Virus record (IMG/VR): IMGVR_UViG_3300033512_000345 | Span: 1 to 64,000 of that record | Direction: 5' to 3' (one strand) | DNA from: a virus | DNA: 64,000 nucleotides | Translations under genes and position numbers: made by a program | Part shown: in pieces, positions 36,810 through 46,124 of the stretch | How the letters are laid out: each line of letters begins with the position of its first letter | Numbering within the stretch: position 1 is the stretch's first letter | Notes under the pieces: generated by a model | What the model saw: the letters and a program-made list of their open reading frames with translations, nothing else | Databases searched by the model: none | What the model was told of the DNA's origin: nothing

Positions 36810-37859
36810 CTATAAAAAGACCACGTCGTATCCGCGGTCCTTGAGAACCGAACCGATGATGGCTCGATGACAGAATGATTCCGATGGGCAAAAACAGACC
36901 ATCGTGATGTTGACCCCTTCGTTGAGGGTCGCAATAACATGCTTCATGGATTTGATCAGGTCTTCTCGAGTTCTCATTTCTTCGAGGAATTCCGGAAGGT
37001 ACAACCACCACCAGGCTGTCTTTTCTTGAGTGGAATGTCCGCTTTGGCGAATCCTCTCAATCTCCTTGGGGTCAAACTTTCCTTCCTTCCACTTGTAATA
37101 CCGGCTGAATAAATAAGCCGACGGAGATAGAGAAGGAACCAATTTAAGCCTGTATTTCTCGACGGCAGAAGTTGAAGATGTAGTTGGTTTGCGAACAATG
37201 AATAATCTTTTTCCTTGAAGATCCCAGTCGATTTTGTCGAGCTTCTGGATTCCTGTCAGGGTCAAGACGCCTTTTTTCTGGTAAAAGAACGGACTGTCCG
37301 GAGGAATCGCCACAATGGGGCGAACATACTGTTTAGGAAACGGCTTGAAGATGACCTCGAGTTCAGGCTCGAGGTCATCCCAAGAACTCCAGCTCTGATC
37401 AACCGCAGGATCTGAAAGGAAAGGATCCATGATCCAGACGGCATTGGTTTTCTTCTGGGTCGTCATGTTCCAATGTTTCTGATGAATGCTTTGAGCCTGA
37501 GACGCGATGGTCTTCAAGGAAGTTTGCATCAGAAGCAGGTTTTTGGCCGCAGATTGAGGTTTGCCAATGACAGCCAGCATGATATGGACAGTGATCGGTT
37601 CAACGAGATTGCCGACTGTTCGATTGTAATCCAAAGTCTTTATTGTACCAGCCTCAAGCTTTGTAAGGAACTTATCCATATAGGAACGAAGTTCAGAAGG
37701 CGTGAGCTCTTTCGGAAATGCATTGAGCAATTCCTTGAAGTTTCGACGAGAGGCTGGAAGAGAAAGATAGTTGCCGGTTGCGTCCGTATAGACGGGGAGA
37801 ACAATGACATTGTTGGAAGAGAGTTGTTCGAGAGGAAACTTTGTGACAACAGTATCCAT
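36810..37859 (-). CDS. two-part protein with a DUF488-like C-terminal domain
   Basis: Start trimmed to ATG at 37859 (AAAGGAG). The C-terminus ...NITMVCFCPSESFCHRAIIG..L matches the L.C.E....CHR signature of DUF488. Confidence 0.55.
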   Translation of the reverse strand: MDTVVTKFPLEQLSSNNVIVLPVYTDATGNYLSLPASRRNFKELLNAFPKELTPSELRSYMDKFLTKLEAGTIKTLDYNRTVGNLVEPITVHIMLAVIGKPQSAAKNLLLMQTSLKTIASQAQSIHQKHWNMTTQKKTNAVWIMDPFLSDPAVDQSWSSWDDLEPELEVIFKPFPKQYVRPIVAIPPDSPFFYQKKGVLTLTGIQKLDKIDWDLQGKRLFIVRKPTTSSTSAVEKYRLKLVPSLSPSAYLFSRYYKWKEGKFDPKEIERIRQSGHSTQEKTAWWWLYLPEFLEEMRTREDLIKSMKHVIATLNEGVNITMVCFCPSESFCHRAIIGSVLKDRGYDVVFL

Positions 37860-37888
37860 GATCTCCTTTCCGCGGACGCGGCCGCAAA

Positions 37889-38317
37889 TTACCAAGTGTA
37901 TTTTTTGTAATCGAGGGTGAGTTCGACCTCATCAGAGTCGATAACCTTCAGCTTAAAGGCAATAGCTGCGTCACAATAGGAGTCCTCCCATGCAACAGTC
38001 AGTTCGTCATAGACAACAGGATAGGCAACAGCTCCTTTAGCTAACCATCCGTCCTTCTTGTGGCGAATCTGTGTTTGTACGCATTCAAGTAACGGATCCA
38101 TATCGTCTTTCCAGGAATCGATCGTTTGTTTCATTTGAGAGATGGCCGATCTGATTTCTTCGTGTGTTGAAGATCTGTTTTGGCCATGAAAGTCGTATCC
38201 GGCAGAGTCGTTAGGGAACTCTGCTTGGTTTTGAACTTTTCTTTGAAGTTCTTCCCAGTCAGCCGTGATGAGTATTCGCTTGTGATCAATAAATACAGGA
38301 ATTCTTATTATAGACAT
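37889..38317 (-). CDS. hypothetical protein
   Basis: 142 aa. RBS GAGGAGGA. Confidence 0.7.
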   Translation of the reverse strand: MSIIRIPVFIDHKRILITADWEELQRKVQNQAEFPNDSAGYDFHGQNRSSTHEEIRSAISQMKQTIDSWKDDMDPLLECVQTQIRHKKDGWLAKGAVAYPVVYDELTVAWEDSYCDAAIAFKLKVIDSDEVELTLDYKKYTW

Positions 38318-38326
38318 AATTCCTCC

Positions 38327-38965
38327 TCAAAATGACACAGTCACTTGAGGGATCACGCGAACTCCCTTTACGATGACAGGCATCTCACTTCCCAGATGTT
38401 CTTTGATGAAGGCGGCCAAAGCTTCTTCTGTGGGAAAAAACTTGACGGACCTGGAACCAACAACAAAGAACCCTTCTCCGGAATTTTGATCCCAGTCGAG
38501 AACCTCTGTTGTTGTAAGAGGCTTTACAGCCGGAGTCTGAATGTGCCGGTTGGACGCCGCGGAGAGCCCTTCAGAGAGTCTCTGTGCGAAATCGGATAAC
38601 GGAGGAGTTGAAGTGGCCGGAGCGACCGATTTTGCCGCAATCCCAGCATCCAGTTCGACGCCCTTTGCTTGTGCCTGCTGTTCTTCCGTGAAGGTAGTCT
38701 TCAGGGCTTCTGCAAGAAACTTGGAAATGTCCTGAAAACGCTCTGCCTGTTCTGTGATCAAGGCGATGGCTTCTGTTCGAATTCCTTCGTCGTTGGCTGC
38801 TTTTACTTCTGCGGCAATCATGCCTTGAAGTTTTTCAAGATTGGTCTTTGCATCTGGGATCAGCTTGGCTCGGTCTCCTGCCGGCTTGGCGAGATCCTCA
38901 AGAACAACAAAGATTTGCTCATAAGCTTTCTGGCATTTCTCCAGAAAGGGATTTGTAATCGTCAT
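38327..38965 (-). CDS. hypothetical protein
   Basis: 212 aa. RBS AAGGAGGA. Confidence 0.7.
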   Translation of the reverse strand: MTITNPFLEKCQKAYEQIFVVLEDLAKPAGDRAKLIPDAKTNLEKLQGMIAAEVKAANDEGIRTEAIALITEQAERFQDISKFLAEALKTTFTEEQQAQAKGVELDAGIAAKSVAPATSTPPLSDFAQRLSEGLSAASNRHIQTPAVKPLTTTEVLDWDQNSGEGFFVVGSRSVKFFPTEEALAAFIKEHLGSEMPVIVKGVRVIPQVTVSF

Positions 38966-39306
38966 GATAGGTCCTCCTTATTATCGACAACAGCAGCGAA
39001 CCTGCCGATCATTTTGGTCAGGTATTCTCTTTGTTCTTCCTTGGTCCGATCTTTGAAGTCACATGGAAGAGTAATGACTGCAAGTCTTTTCTGAGATTCA
39101 CGTTTCAGACGGTTTTGCTCCCGGAACATTTCAATCATGCCAAACAAGATCAAGCCAATGCAAATGAAATCCGCAAGAACTTCCGGGATAGATTGAGGTG
39201 TCCAGTTGAAACCTTGGATAGTGTCACGGCCAAACCAAAAGGATTCGATCAGATTCAAGATAAGACCAAGGAACACCCAGAAGAAAGGATGAGGTGATTT
39301 TTTCAT
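38962..39306 (-). CDS. membrane protein
   Basis: Start trimmed to ATG at 39306 (TAGGAGGG). Two hydrophobic helices followed by a charged tail. Confidence 0.6.
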   Translation of the reverse strand: MKKSPHPFFWVFLGLILNLIESFWFGRDTIQGFNWTPQSIPEVLADFICIGLILFGMIEMFREQNRLKRESQKRLAVITLPCDFKDRTKEEQREYLTKMIGRFAAVVDNKEDLS

Positions 39307-39317
39307 GTAAAACCCTC

Positions 39318-39506
39318 CTATAGGCCATCTCCATATCCCAGGATGAAGCCCAAAAATGTACTGAAAACACACAGCAGGACGGCCCAGACAAAAGTGTCCG
39401 GGACCGCCTTATAACTGTGATAGATAAGCATGGCCATCAAAATCGAAGCCAGGGTGATCAGGAGAACAAACAAGAGCATCTTGTAAAACCGCTGTCTTTC
39501 TTCCAT
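39318..39506 (-). CDS. small two-helix membrane protein
   Basis: 62 aa. Starts 3 nt after the vWA stop. Confidence 0.55.
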   Translation of the reverse strand: MEERQRFYKMLLFVLLITLASILMAMLIYHSYKAVPDTFVWAVLLCVFSTFLGFILGYGDGL

Positions 39507-39509
39507 GAG

Positions 39510-41396
39510 TCAGACCCCATTGAAGATTTGATGGGCGGATTCGGAATCGTCATTGGTCAAGTCTGCCAGGTTTGAAACCCGGATGACCTCATCAGAGAAC
39601 ACTTCCAGCGTCCTGTCCGAAACAGAACCGCCACCGGCATCCACCAGGATGGACCTGCAGACGAATTCCTTTTCGTCCTTGGTTCTCTTGAATTCTTTCA
39701 GGAAGGTTTCTCCCACGCTGCAATCACCATCTGTGATGAACGTGATGTCCGCCTTCTTGAACCGGGAGTCCGTAATCAGCTTCATGGACTCCCGCAAGGG
39801 AGCTTCGAAGTTGGTACCGCCTCCGCGGAACTTTTCTGCGATGTCGACGATCTTGTTCGGAGAGAGTTCGTCCTTTTCGATGATGATCACGTCTGTGACC
39901 GAAGACTCGAACAGGATACAAGCATAGTCTCTCTTTTGAATCTGAGCGATTTCAAGCAGGGCGATCGCAATGGCTTTGGACCATTTCTCACGAGGCCCCT
40001 GCATGGAACCGGACACGTCGACGCAGACAATCATCGGACCCTTCTTCTTCTTGTTGGTTGATTCCAACTCATAGATCAGGAGTTCCTTCTGGTTGTATCT
40101 GCGATAGAAGTCCGTCTTTGTGACAGGGTTAGCCAGCTTCATCATTTCAGAAGGCAGGATGGACTCAATTCGGTTGCCCGTCTTGACTGACTTGATGGAG
40201 GTTGCTCCATCCTTAGTCTTCTGCTTCTGGTCTTTTATGGCGGACTGGACAAACCGACCAATCAGATCGGACATTTCTTTGAGTTTCTTGGAACGACGAA
40301 TACGCTCGAGTGCCTGACGTTTGTCGTCCAGAGAAACACGAATGGTCTCTCCGGGGTTCATCCCCCATTGGTCGATCAGCTCACGGATTTCGGAGACTTC
40401 CTCGTCAGCCTGCTTGAAGGCGTTGGAGACCTGACTTACAATATCGTCCATGATCTGTTCTCCCAGATCATCTTCAAGAATGTCATCCAGTTCGTTACCA
40501 AGTTCTTCTGCAATCTTCTGAGCCGTCTGAAGGTCCATTTGTCCTTGAGTCAAACGATTTTCCATAGCTTTGAGCTGTTCCGGGTCTGTATTGGCTTGAT
40601 TCTGCATTTCTTCAATGATGTCTTCGAGGTTGTCGATATTTTCCTGCAGGTCTTCAATGTTCTGTTCCGCCTGGACCAGAGCATTGACGGTTTCAAAAGG
40701 ATCTCCCTGCTCAAATGGATCCTGTTGGCCGGACTGTCCCTTCTGACCTTTTTGTCCGGGTTGCCCTTTTTGTCCTTTCTGTTTGGCTTTCTGCTGGCGA
40801 CGCCGTTCCTTTTCATTGAGGATGATTTCCATGGCTCTCTGCCCAACCACTTCTGTTCCCATGGCAGAAGCCAGTGCGTCCAATTTGCAGCTTTGACGGA
40901 GACGACGGTAATCCGGAGTTTCCGTGAGCCGCTTCATCATTTCATGGTTGAACTGGGCCGACTTCTTCATGTCTTCTACAGGACGGACTTCCGGCTTGTA
41001 TTTGAACAAGGACATGAACATGTCTTCGTTCAGCGTATCAAAAGGTTTATATTCATGGACTCCTTGAGATACTGCTTGTTGAATGACCGGAGACTGATCA
41101 TAAATATCCGCATAGAGATCCCGGTCGATCTCAAAATGCTTGACAGCTAGATCATGTTTGACCAAGGCTTCGTTGGTGTTCGTCAAATTGAGGATGTCTG
41201 CGACACTATCGCCTTGGAAATTCAAGAGCTTCTGATTGGTCTCAAACGATACTTCAGAATCTTCTGCTGGTTGATCGGGCACCGGACCTGCCGAAGGGAA
41301 AAATCCTCCGTTCTGGGTAGCTTCTTCAGGAGAAGTCAGTCCAAGGAAGTCCAGGAAATCTTCAAGGTTGTCAGCAGGTCCATTTTGTGATGTCAT
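39510..41396 (-). CDS. CobT-like von Willebrand factor A domain protein
   Basis: 628 aa. The C-terminal vWA domain has MIDAS VCVDVSGSMQG. An acidic coiled-coil middle region carries a short Gly-X-Y run. Confidence 0.85.
   Translation of the reverse strand: MTSQNGPADNLEDFLDFLGLTSPEEATQNGGFFPSAGPVPDQPAEDSEVSFETNQKLLNFQGDSVADILNLTNTNEALVKHDLAVKHFEIDRDLYADIYDQSPVIQQAVSQGVHEYKPFDTLNEDMFMSLFKYKPEVRPVEDMKKSAQFNHEMMKRLTETPDYRRLRQSCKLDALASAMGTEVVGQRAMEIILNEKERRRQQKAKQKGQKGQPGQKGQKGQSGQQDPFEQGDPFETVNALVQAEQNIEDLQENIDNLEDIIEEMQNQANTDPEQLKAMENRLTQGQMDLQTAQKIAEELGNELDDILEDDLGEQIMDDIVSQVSNAFKQADEEVSEIRELIDQWGMNPGETIRVSLDDKRQALERIRRSKKLKEMSDLIGRFVQSAIKDQKQKTKDGATSIKSVKTGNRIESILPSEMMKLANPVTKTDFYRRYNQKELLIYELESTNKKKKGPMIVCVDVSGSMQGPREKWSKAIAIALLEIAQIQKRDYACILFESSVTDVIIIEKDELSPNKIVDIAEKFRGGGTNFEAPLRESMKLITDSRFKKADITFITDGDCSVGETFLKEFKRTKDEKEFVCRSILVDAGGGSVSDRTLEVFSDEVIRVSNLADLTNDDSESAHQIFNGV
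40722..40778 (-). repeat. in-frame triplet repeat encoding KGQKGQPGQKGQKGQSGQQ (collagen-like G-Q-X)
   Basis: Codons read directly: GGA CAA AAA GGG CAA CCC GGA CAA AAA GGT CAG AAG GGA CAG TCC GGC CAA CAG. A duplicated DPFEQGDPFE follows. Confidence 0.7.
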
Positions 41397-41422
41397 AATT
41401 CACCTCTTCCTTTCATGAAAAT

Positions 41423-41448
41423 GGGGAGTGGCCAGACGACCACTCCCC
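41423..41448 (-). terminator. hairpin plus AUUUUCAU between the AAA+ and vWA genes
   Basis: GGGGAGUGG-loop-CCACUCCCC. Confidence 0.5.
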
Positions 41449-41464
41449 CGGGAGAGAGGTCGGT

Positions 41465-42904
41465 TTAGAAGGGCATTCCTGTGGAAATCCCGGTCTTCAA
41501 ACCGAGATCCGACATGGTAAGACCCAATGCATCAGAGACGACCTTCTCGTTCTCTTCGGTCAGATAGGCCCTTTTCTTGACCATATCCGTAGTGTCTTTA
41601 CCGTTCTCGTTAGCCTCGTTAATGGTTTTGGTCATCTTCTTAATGAGATCCTCGAGGCGGCCCTTGGCTTCAATCGAAGCTCCACAACGATCGTTGGGAT
41701 CCGTGATGCCTCTGATCTTGTTGATGACTTCAACGCCCTTCTTGTAGTTGTTGTTGATTTCATCATCATAAGGATTCACGAGCTTGTCGATTTCAGCGGA
41801 AACAAGCGGAATGTCCTTCTTCTGTTCCCAGAGGACAGACTTCAACGCATTGAAGTCATCGAGAACAACCTGCGTTCTTCCGCAATATAGGGCATTACCC
41901 TGCATGATGCGATAGCATTCGTTCTGACGACGATCGGAAACGACAATCCCAATCTTGTCCAGAGTATTTAGAAGCTTGGCAAAGCTCTTGTAAACCGAAG
42001 TGTTGACCGGCATCCTGCGGGAAGCAATACGGATAGCTTCCAGTTCCAGAATCGTGATCGTTGTCCGCTTGGCATTCACCATCGAGCCGTTCATTTCGGC
42101 GACGAAGTTTTGGTGCATGCGGGAACGATTGCTAGGCTCTTTGACATAGTCGACAACCGTACGAAAAACCAATCGGTCATGAAGAGCACGGAGAGAATCA
42201 TCTTCCGGTTCTTCATTCGAAGCGGCAATCACGGAGATCAACGGAACCTTGATGGCCTTGCCGTCATTGAAGACGAGACGCTCGTTCAGCAAAGGCAGCA
42301 GGATATTCAGGGTAGGTTCATTGGATTTGTAGATTTCATCCAGGAAGGCAATGTGGGCTTCAGGAAGCTTGCCCTTCATCTTACGAAGGAACTTGTCCTG
42401 TTCCATGCTCTTGATGGAATACGGGCCAAGGATTTCCGCCGGATCCGAAGTTCTGTTCAACAGCCATTCGAAGAAGATACCCATTTCAATACGAGAACAG
42501 ATCTCTCTGGCCATAGCGGACTTTGCTGTGCCGGGAGGTCCGAGAAGCAGCATATGCTGTCCAACCAGAATGGCCCGGATCAGGTCTTTGATGACAGAGT
42601 CTCTTTCCACGAATTTGGTGTTGATTTCCGATTCGATGGCTTGTAGTTTGGCCACGCCCCCGATGGCAATCGTGATGATTTCATTGTCGGGAAGATTGGA
42701 AATGGTCTGAGAAGCATTCGGATCCTGCATGGAAGCAGGTGCCACTGTGGAAGGTTTCTGGTATTCGGACAGGTTCATAACGGCACTGGCTGCCGGCGGA
42801 TTCTGGACAACCGGTATGGTTGTCGGCTTCTGTGTCGGCATGGTCGTCGAGATCCCCAATTCAGCGAGGATGTCGTCCGTCTGGGACAAGTTGCTGGAAC
42901 TCAT
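41465..42904 (-). CDS. MoxR/CobS-like AAA+ ATPase
   Basis: 479 aa. Walker A LLLGPPGTAKS and Walker B IAFLDEIYKSN. About 100 aa of low-complexity N-terminal extension. Ends ...GMPF. Confidence 0.85.
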   Translation of the reverse strand: MSSSNLSQTDDILAELGISTTMPTQKPTTIPVVQNPPAASAVMNLSEYQKPSTVAPASMQDPNASQTISNLPDNEIITIAIGGVAKLQAIESEINTKFVERDSVIKDLIRAILVGQHMLLLGPPGTAKSAMAREICSRIEMGIFFEWLLNRTSDPAEILGPYSIKSMEQDKFLRKMKGKLPEAHIAFLDEIYKSNEPTLNILLPLLNERLVFNDGKAIKVPLISVIAASNEEPEDDSLRALHDRLVFRTVVDYVKEPSNRSRMHQNFVAEMNGSMVNAKRTTITILELEAIRIASRRMPVNTSVYKSFAKLLNTLDKIGIVVSDRRQNECYRIMQGNALYCGRTQVVLDDFNALKSVLWEQKKDIPLVSAEIDKLVNPYDDEINNNYKKGVEVINKIRGITDPNDRCGASIEAKGRLEDLIKKMTKTINEANENGKDTTDMVKKRAYLTEENEKVVSDALGLTMSDLGLKTGISTGMPF

Positions 42905-42969
42905 TTGTTTTCTCCTCCTTGCCTCCCTTTCTTGGGAGGGACGTGTGCGATTCGTTGCGAGCGAATCTG

Positions 42970-44190
42970 TCAGGTGACGAAATTCTTCATGTTGACGACT
43001 GCGGGGTCACTTGCCCCCAGCATGACGACTTGGATAATCAGATTCTGAAAGACTTCAAAGGAGATCTTGTCGGCTTGACGCTGAGCAATCAAGAGACGAC
43101 CAATCTGATTGAAATTGTCCGGGAATGACAAACTCTGAACCTGGGAAAGAACGTCCGGGTTCTCGGAAAGATATTCCTTGATGGGCTTGATGACACGGAA
43201 GGCTCCGTTTGAAGTAGATGAAGTGTAGCTTTCATCAGCATCTTCTGCTGCAAAGCCAGGAATCATGCCAGATTTTACGACATAGAATTCTGCTGTTTGA
43301 GAATTGCCACCATGAATGATGACCGGTCCTTTGTCAGACCATCCTTCAAACATGCGGCCTTTGGATCTGGCCATTTCCATCAGCATCTCGAAAAGTTCCT
43401 CGGTTTCGTCGACCCAGTTCTGGTTTCCGCCTTTAGAACGGAACGTATATGGACTCAGGTCAACCATGTTCGTGATAGGATCCAGAAATCCCATTAGTTT
43501 TCCTCCTGTTTTGGGTTCAAACTGAATGACAGTTTTTCCTGTCGTTCTAGTTTGAAACGTAGACAGGGTGTATCCGTTGGATCCGAATTTGTCGATGAAG
43601 GACTGAATTAGTTCGTTTCTTGGGATTGTGATTTTACAGGATTGGATTTTGATACTTTGCATGCCTGTTGCTCCTCTCTGCGACGGCCGAAAGCCTATCT
43701 GCTGACTTGGTACGGGCCTTGCCGGCAATGAGGTAAGCAACCCTCCACCAGGCTGAAGAAAGTTTCCTTGAACATTGTGAGTCCCCGATCCCCCGATAGG
43801 GGAATTGGCCGGAGCTGGAGCGGAATTGAGCGGGACTGGAATCGGAGCCCACTTTGTAGGACGATAGGACGCAGACAGGTTGGCCCGAATGTTGTCCATT
43901 TCCTCTTCGGCATCCGAATCGGAAGGAATCTCAACATTGTATAAATGACTGCAGGCCGTACAAACAATCTGCTCATCCAGAAGACCAAACCGAACCGGCT
44001 TGGGCTGGAAGGCCGTCAGTTCTTTACAGTGAGTACAGACGGAGACCGCCAGCATGTCCCCGCATTCGGTACACATTTGAAGAGAAACGGCTGCCGAACT
44101 TTTGGAGGCATTGACTGAAGTGATTTCATGCATGTCTCCGTATGTGCCATTTTGAAGACAACTTGGGCAGGATGGATCTGAAGAGTTCAT
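42970..44190 (-). CDS. hypothetical protein with N-terminal tandem zinc ribbons
   Basis: 406 aa with CPSC...CTECG...CTHC...CTAC. ATGA overlap with the SNF2 stop. Confidence 0.7.
   Translation of the reverse strand: MNSSDPSCPSCLQNGTYGDMHEITSVNASKSSAAVSLQMCTECGDMLAVSVCTHCKELTAFQPKPVRFGLLDEQIVCTACSHLYNVEIPSDSDAEEEMDNIRANLSASYRPTKWAPIPVPLNSAPAPANSPIGGSGTHNVQGNFLQPGGGLLTSLPARPVPSQQIGFRPSQRGATGMQSIKIQSCKITIPRNELIQSFIDKFGSNGYTLSTFQTRTTGKTVIQFEPKTGGKLMGFLDPITNMVDLSPYTFRSKGGNQNWVDETEELFEMLMEMARSKGRMFEGWSDKGPVIIHGGNSQTAEFYVVKSGMIPGFAAEDADESYTSSTSNGAFRVIKPIKEYLSENPDVLSQVQSLSFPDNFNQIGRLLIAQRQADKISFEVFQNLIIQVVMLGASDPAVVNMKNFVT
43790..43802 (-). repeat. partial copy of the CCCCCGATAGGGGG hairpin element, inside a CDS
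   Basis: Plus strand reads CCCCCGATAGGGG. It encodes SPIGG. Confidence 0.5.
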
Positions 44191-45971
44191 GAAGAACCGT
44201 CTCCTTTCATGACAGATTTCAAGGCTTGTGATTGGGCTTCGTCTACGCCAACAACACCAGAGAACAAATTGGACTTGAGTTCCAACTGGTTGAGCATTTC
44301 TTCGTCCTTGGTTCCCATGGTAATTAAGTCGTATTCATACACGATTTGATGAGCGGAATTCAGTCGACGGACGCGACCCAGTCTTTGGGTTTTCAGACCA
44401 GGGGTGTCCGGTTGGTCATAGTTGATAACATACTTGGCAATCTGAAGGTTCAAGCCTTCGGCAGCGGCATCATTGCAGACAAACACGCGGGTGTCCGGGT
44501 CATTCCAGAAGTCTGAAACGTTCCGGTCCCGGAGGTCATCGTCAACCTTGCCGGAATAAGTAACGGCATGAATCTTGAGTTCCTTTTCGATGTCATCAGC
44601 CAAGAGACGGACTCCCCGTTCAAATTTCGTGAACACAATGGCTTTGTGCCCAGAGTCTGTAATCGTTTGTAACTGGTCCAGGAGAAGTTCGGTTTTGGGA
44701 GATCGCTTATAACTTTGAGGAATCATGCCTCCATAGTCCTTGACCATCTTCTGTGATTTGGACATGAGAAACAGCCTGGGGTCGTTGGCGGCTGCCTGTC
44801 TGGACATGCCGATTCCTTTGGCCATCCCTTCCAGTATTTCAATCTGGGCAGGGTCTCTTGGAGACTTGGCTTTCTCTTGAGCCAGCTTAGCTTCAATATC
44901 TTCAGATGCTGTTTTCAATTGATCATAAATGGCATATTGGACTTCGTCAACATAGGTTTCGAGTTTATTCCGGACGGTCTCCGGAAGCTCGACCTCCACT
45001 TCAAATTCAGTTCGACGCAAGACGACCTCTTGGACCATTGTCCGGAGCTTGTCCAGGTTCTTGTATCCCACGATGCTTTCATATCGGGAAGAACGATCGT
45101 AAACGATAAATTCTTTCTCGAAAGATTTCCAGTCTCCAAAGAAACTGGGATCAGCAATTTGGGCAATGCCAAAGATATCCTGAGGAGAACTCATGATCGG
45201 TGTACCTGTGAGATACAGAACCTTGTCCGTGTGAGCACAGACTTTGCAATGAGCTTCGTTGATGACGCCTGTCCTGGTAGAAACCTTGTGGGCCTCGTCG
45301 ATGATAACCATCTGGAAGCCCAGTTTTGCAATGCGATCGGCATCATTCATGATGGTATGATAATTCGTGATGATAACTCCGGAGGGCAACGCTTCAAATT
45401 CCTTGTAGACTTTTTCCCTTTTTCGTTTGTCTCCTGTGACAATCAATACCCTTGGAAGGACGGCTGGAAAGAACTTTCCAAACACATCCCGTTTCCACTG
45501 GGTCCGTAAGGACTTCTTGCATACAATCAGAAACTTCTTGGCTCCAAACATCTTGGACCAATGAAGCATGACGGCCAAAGCCGTGGGGCTTTTACCAAGC
45601 CCCACGTCATCTGCCAGAATGGCAAACTTGCGTTTCTGAAGCCGATCAATCAGATACCGTACGCCAAAGACCTGATAGTCTTTCAAGGGCAACAGCAGCT
45701 TTGGAACAGGAATCTCCGGAACCTTGAACATGGATCGGACATCAGGCATGGGCTCGCCAGTGATTGCCCATTTGGGGGGCACATAAACGAGTTCCCCTTT
45801 CATCTCTTCTTCCAGATATTCTAGAGCTCCAATTGGAATAACCCAAGAACGTTGAAGGGGAGACCATTTTGCTCCCGGAATGTTTCGAATCCGTTCAATA
45901 TAAGGCTTGTAATACTTGAATTTGACAAGAAGATAATCTTTATCAAGCGGGTGGAAATCTACCGTGAACAA
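44187..45971 (-). CDS. SNF2-family helicase/translocase
   Basis: TTG start after TAGGAGGTGA. Motif I LADDVGLGKS and motif II IIDEAHKV. The C-terminal helicase lobe has QRLGRVRR. Confidence 0.9.
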   Translation of the reverse strand: MFTVDFHPLDKDYLLVKFKYYKPYIERIRNIPGAKWSPLQRSWVIPIGALEYLEEEMKGELVYVPPKWAITGEPMPDVRSMFKVPEIPVPKLLLPLKDYQVFGVRYLIDRLQKRKFAILADDVGLGKSPTALAVMLHWSKMFGAKKFLIVCKKSLRTQWKRDVFGKFFPAVLPRVLIVTGDKRKREKVYKEFEALPSGVIITNYHTIMNDADRIAKLGFQMVIIDEAHKVSTRTGVINEAHCKVCAHTDKVLYLTGTPIMSSPQDIFGIAQIADPSFFGDWKSFEKEFIVYDRSSRYESIVGYKNLDKLRTMVQEVVLRRTEFEVEVELPETVRNKLETYVDEVQYAIYDQLKTASEDIEAKLAQEKAKSPRDPAQIEILEGMAKGIGMSRQAAANDPRLFLMSKSQKMVKDYGGMIPQSYKRSPKTELLLDQLQTITDSGHKAIVFTKFERGVRLLADDIEKELKIHAVTYSGKVDDDLRDRNVSDFWNDPDTRVFVCNDAAAEGLNLQIAKYVINYDQPDTPGLKTQRLGRVRRLNSAHQIVYEYDLITMGTKDEEMLNQLELKSNLFSGVVGVDEAQSQALKSVMKGDGSS

Positions 45972-45984
45972 GGTCTCTCACCTC

Positions 45985-46110
45985 CTATCTGTTTCGATTT
46001 CGGGGTTGGAAGCGTCCATATTGAGACCACATGATGGACGACCACAGTAAACGACTGGATAAAGGACTTTTCAAGAAATGATAGTCAAGAATAACACGGA
46101 TCCATCCCAT
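45985..46110 (-). CDS. unlisted 41-aa ORF
   Basis: ATG at 46110, 7 nt after AGGAGG. MGWIRVILDYHFLKSPLSSRLLWSSIMWSQYGRFQPRNRNR. The stop is embedded in the SNF2 RBS. Below the track's size cut-off. Confidence 0.35.
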   Translation of the reverse strand: MGWIRVILDYHFLKSPLSSRLLWSSIMWSQYGRFQPRNRNR

Positions 46111-46124
46111 GGTTTTTCCTCCTG

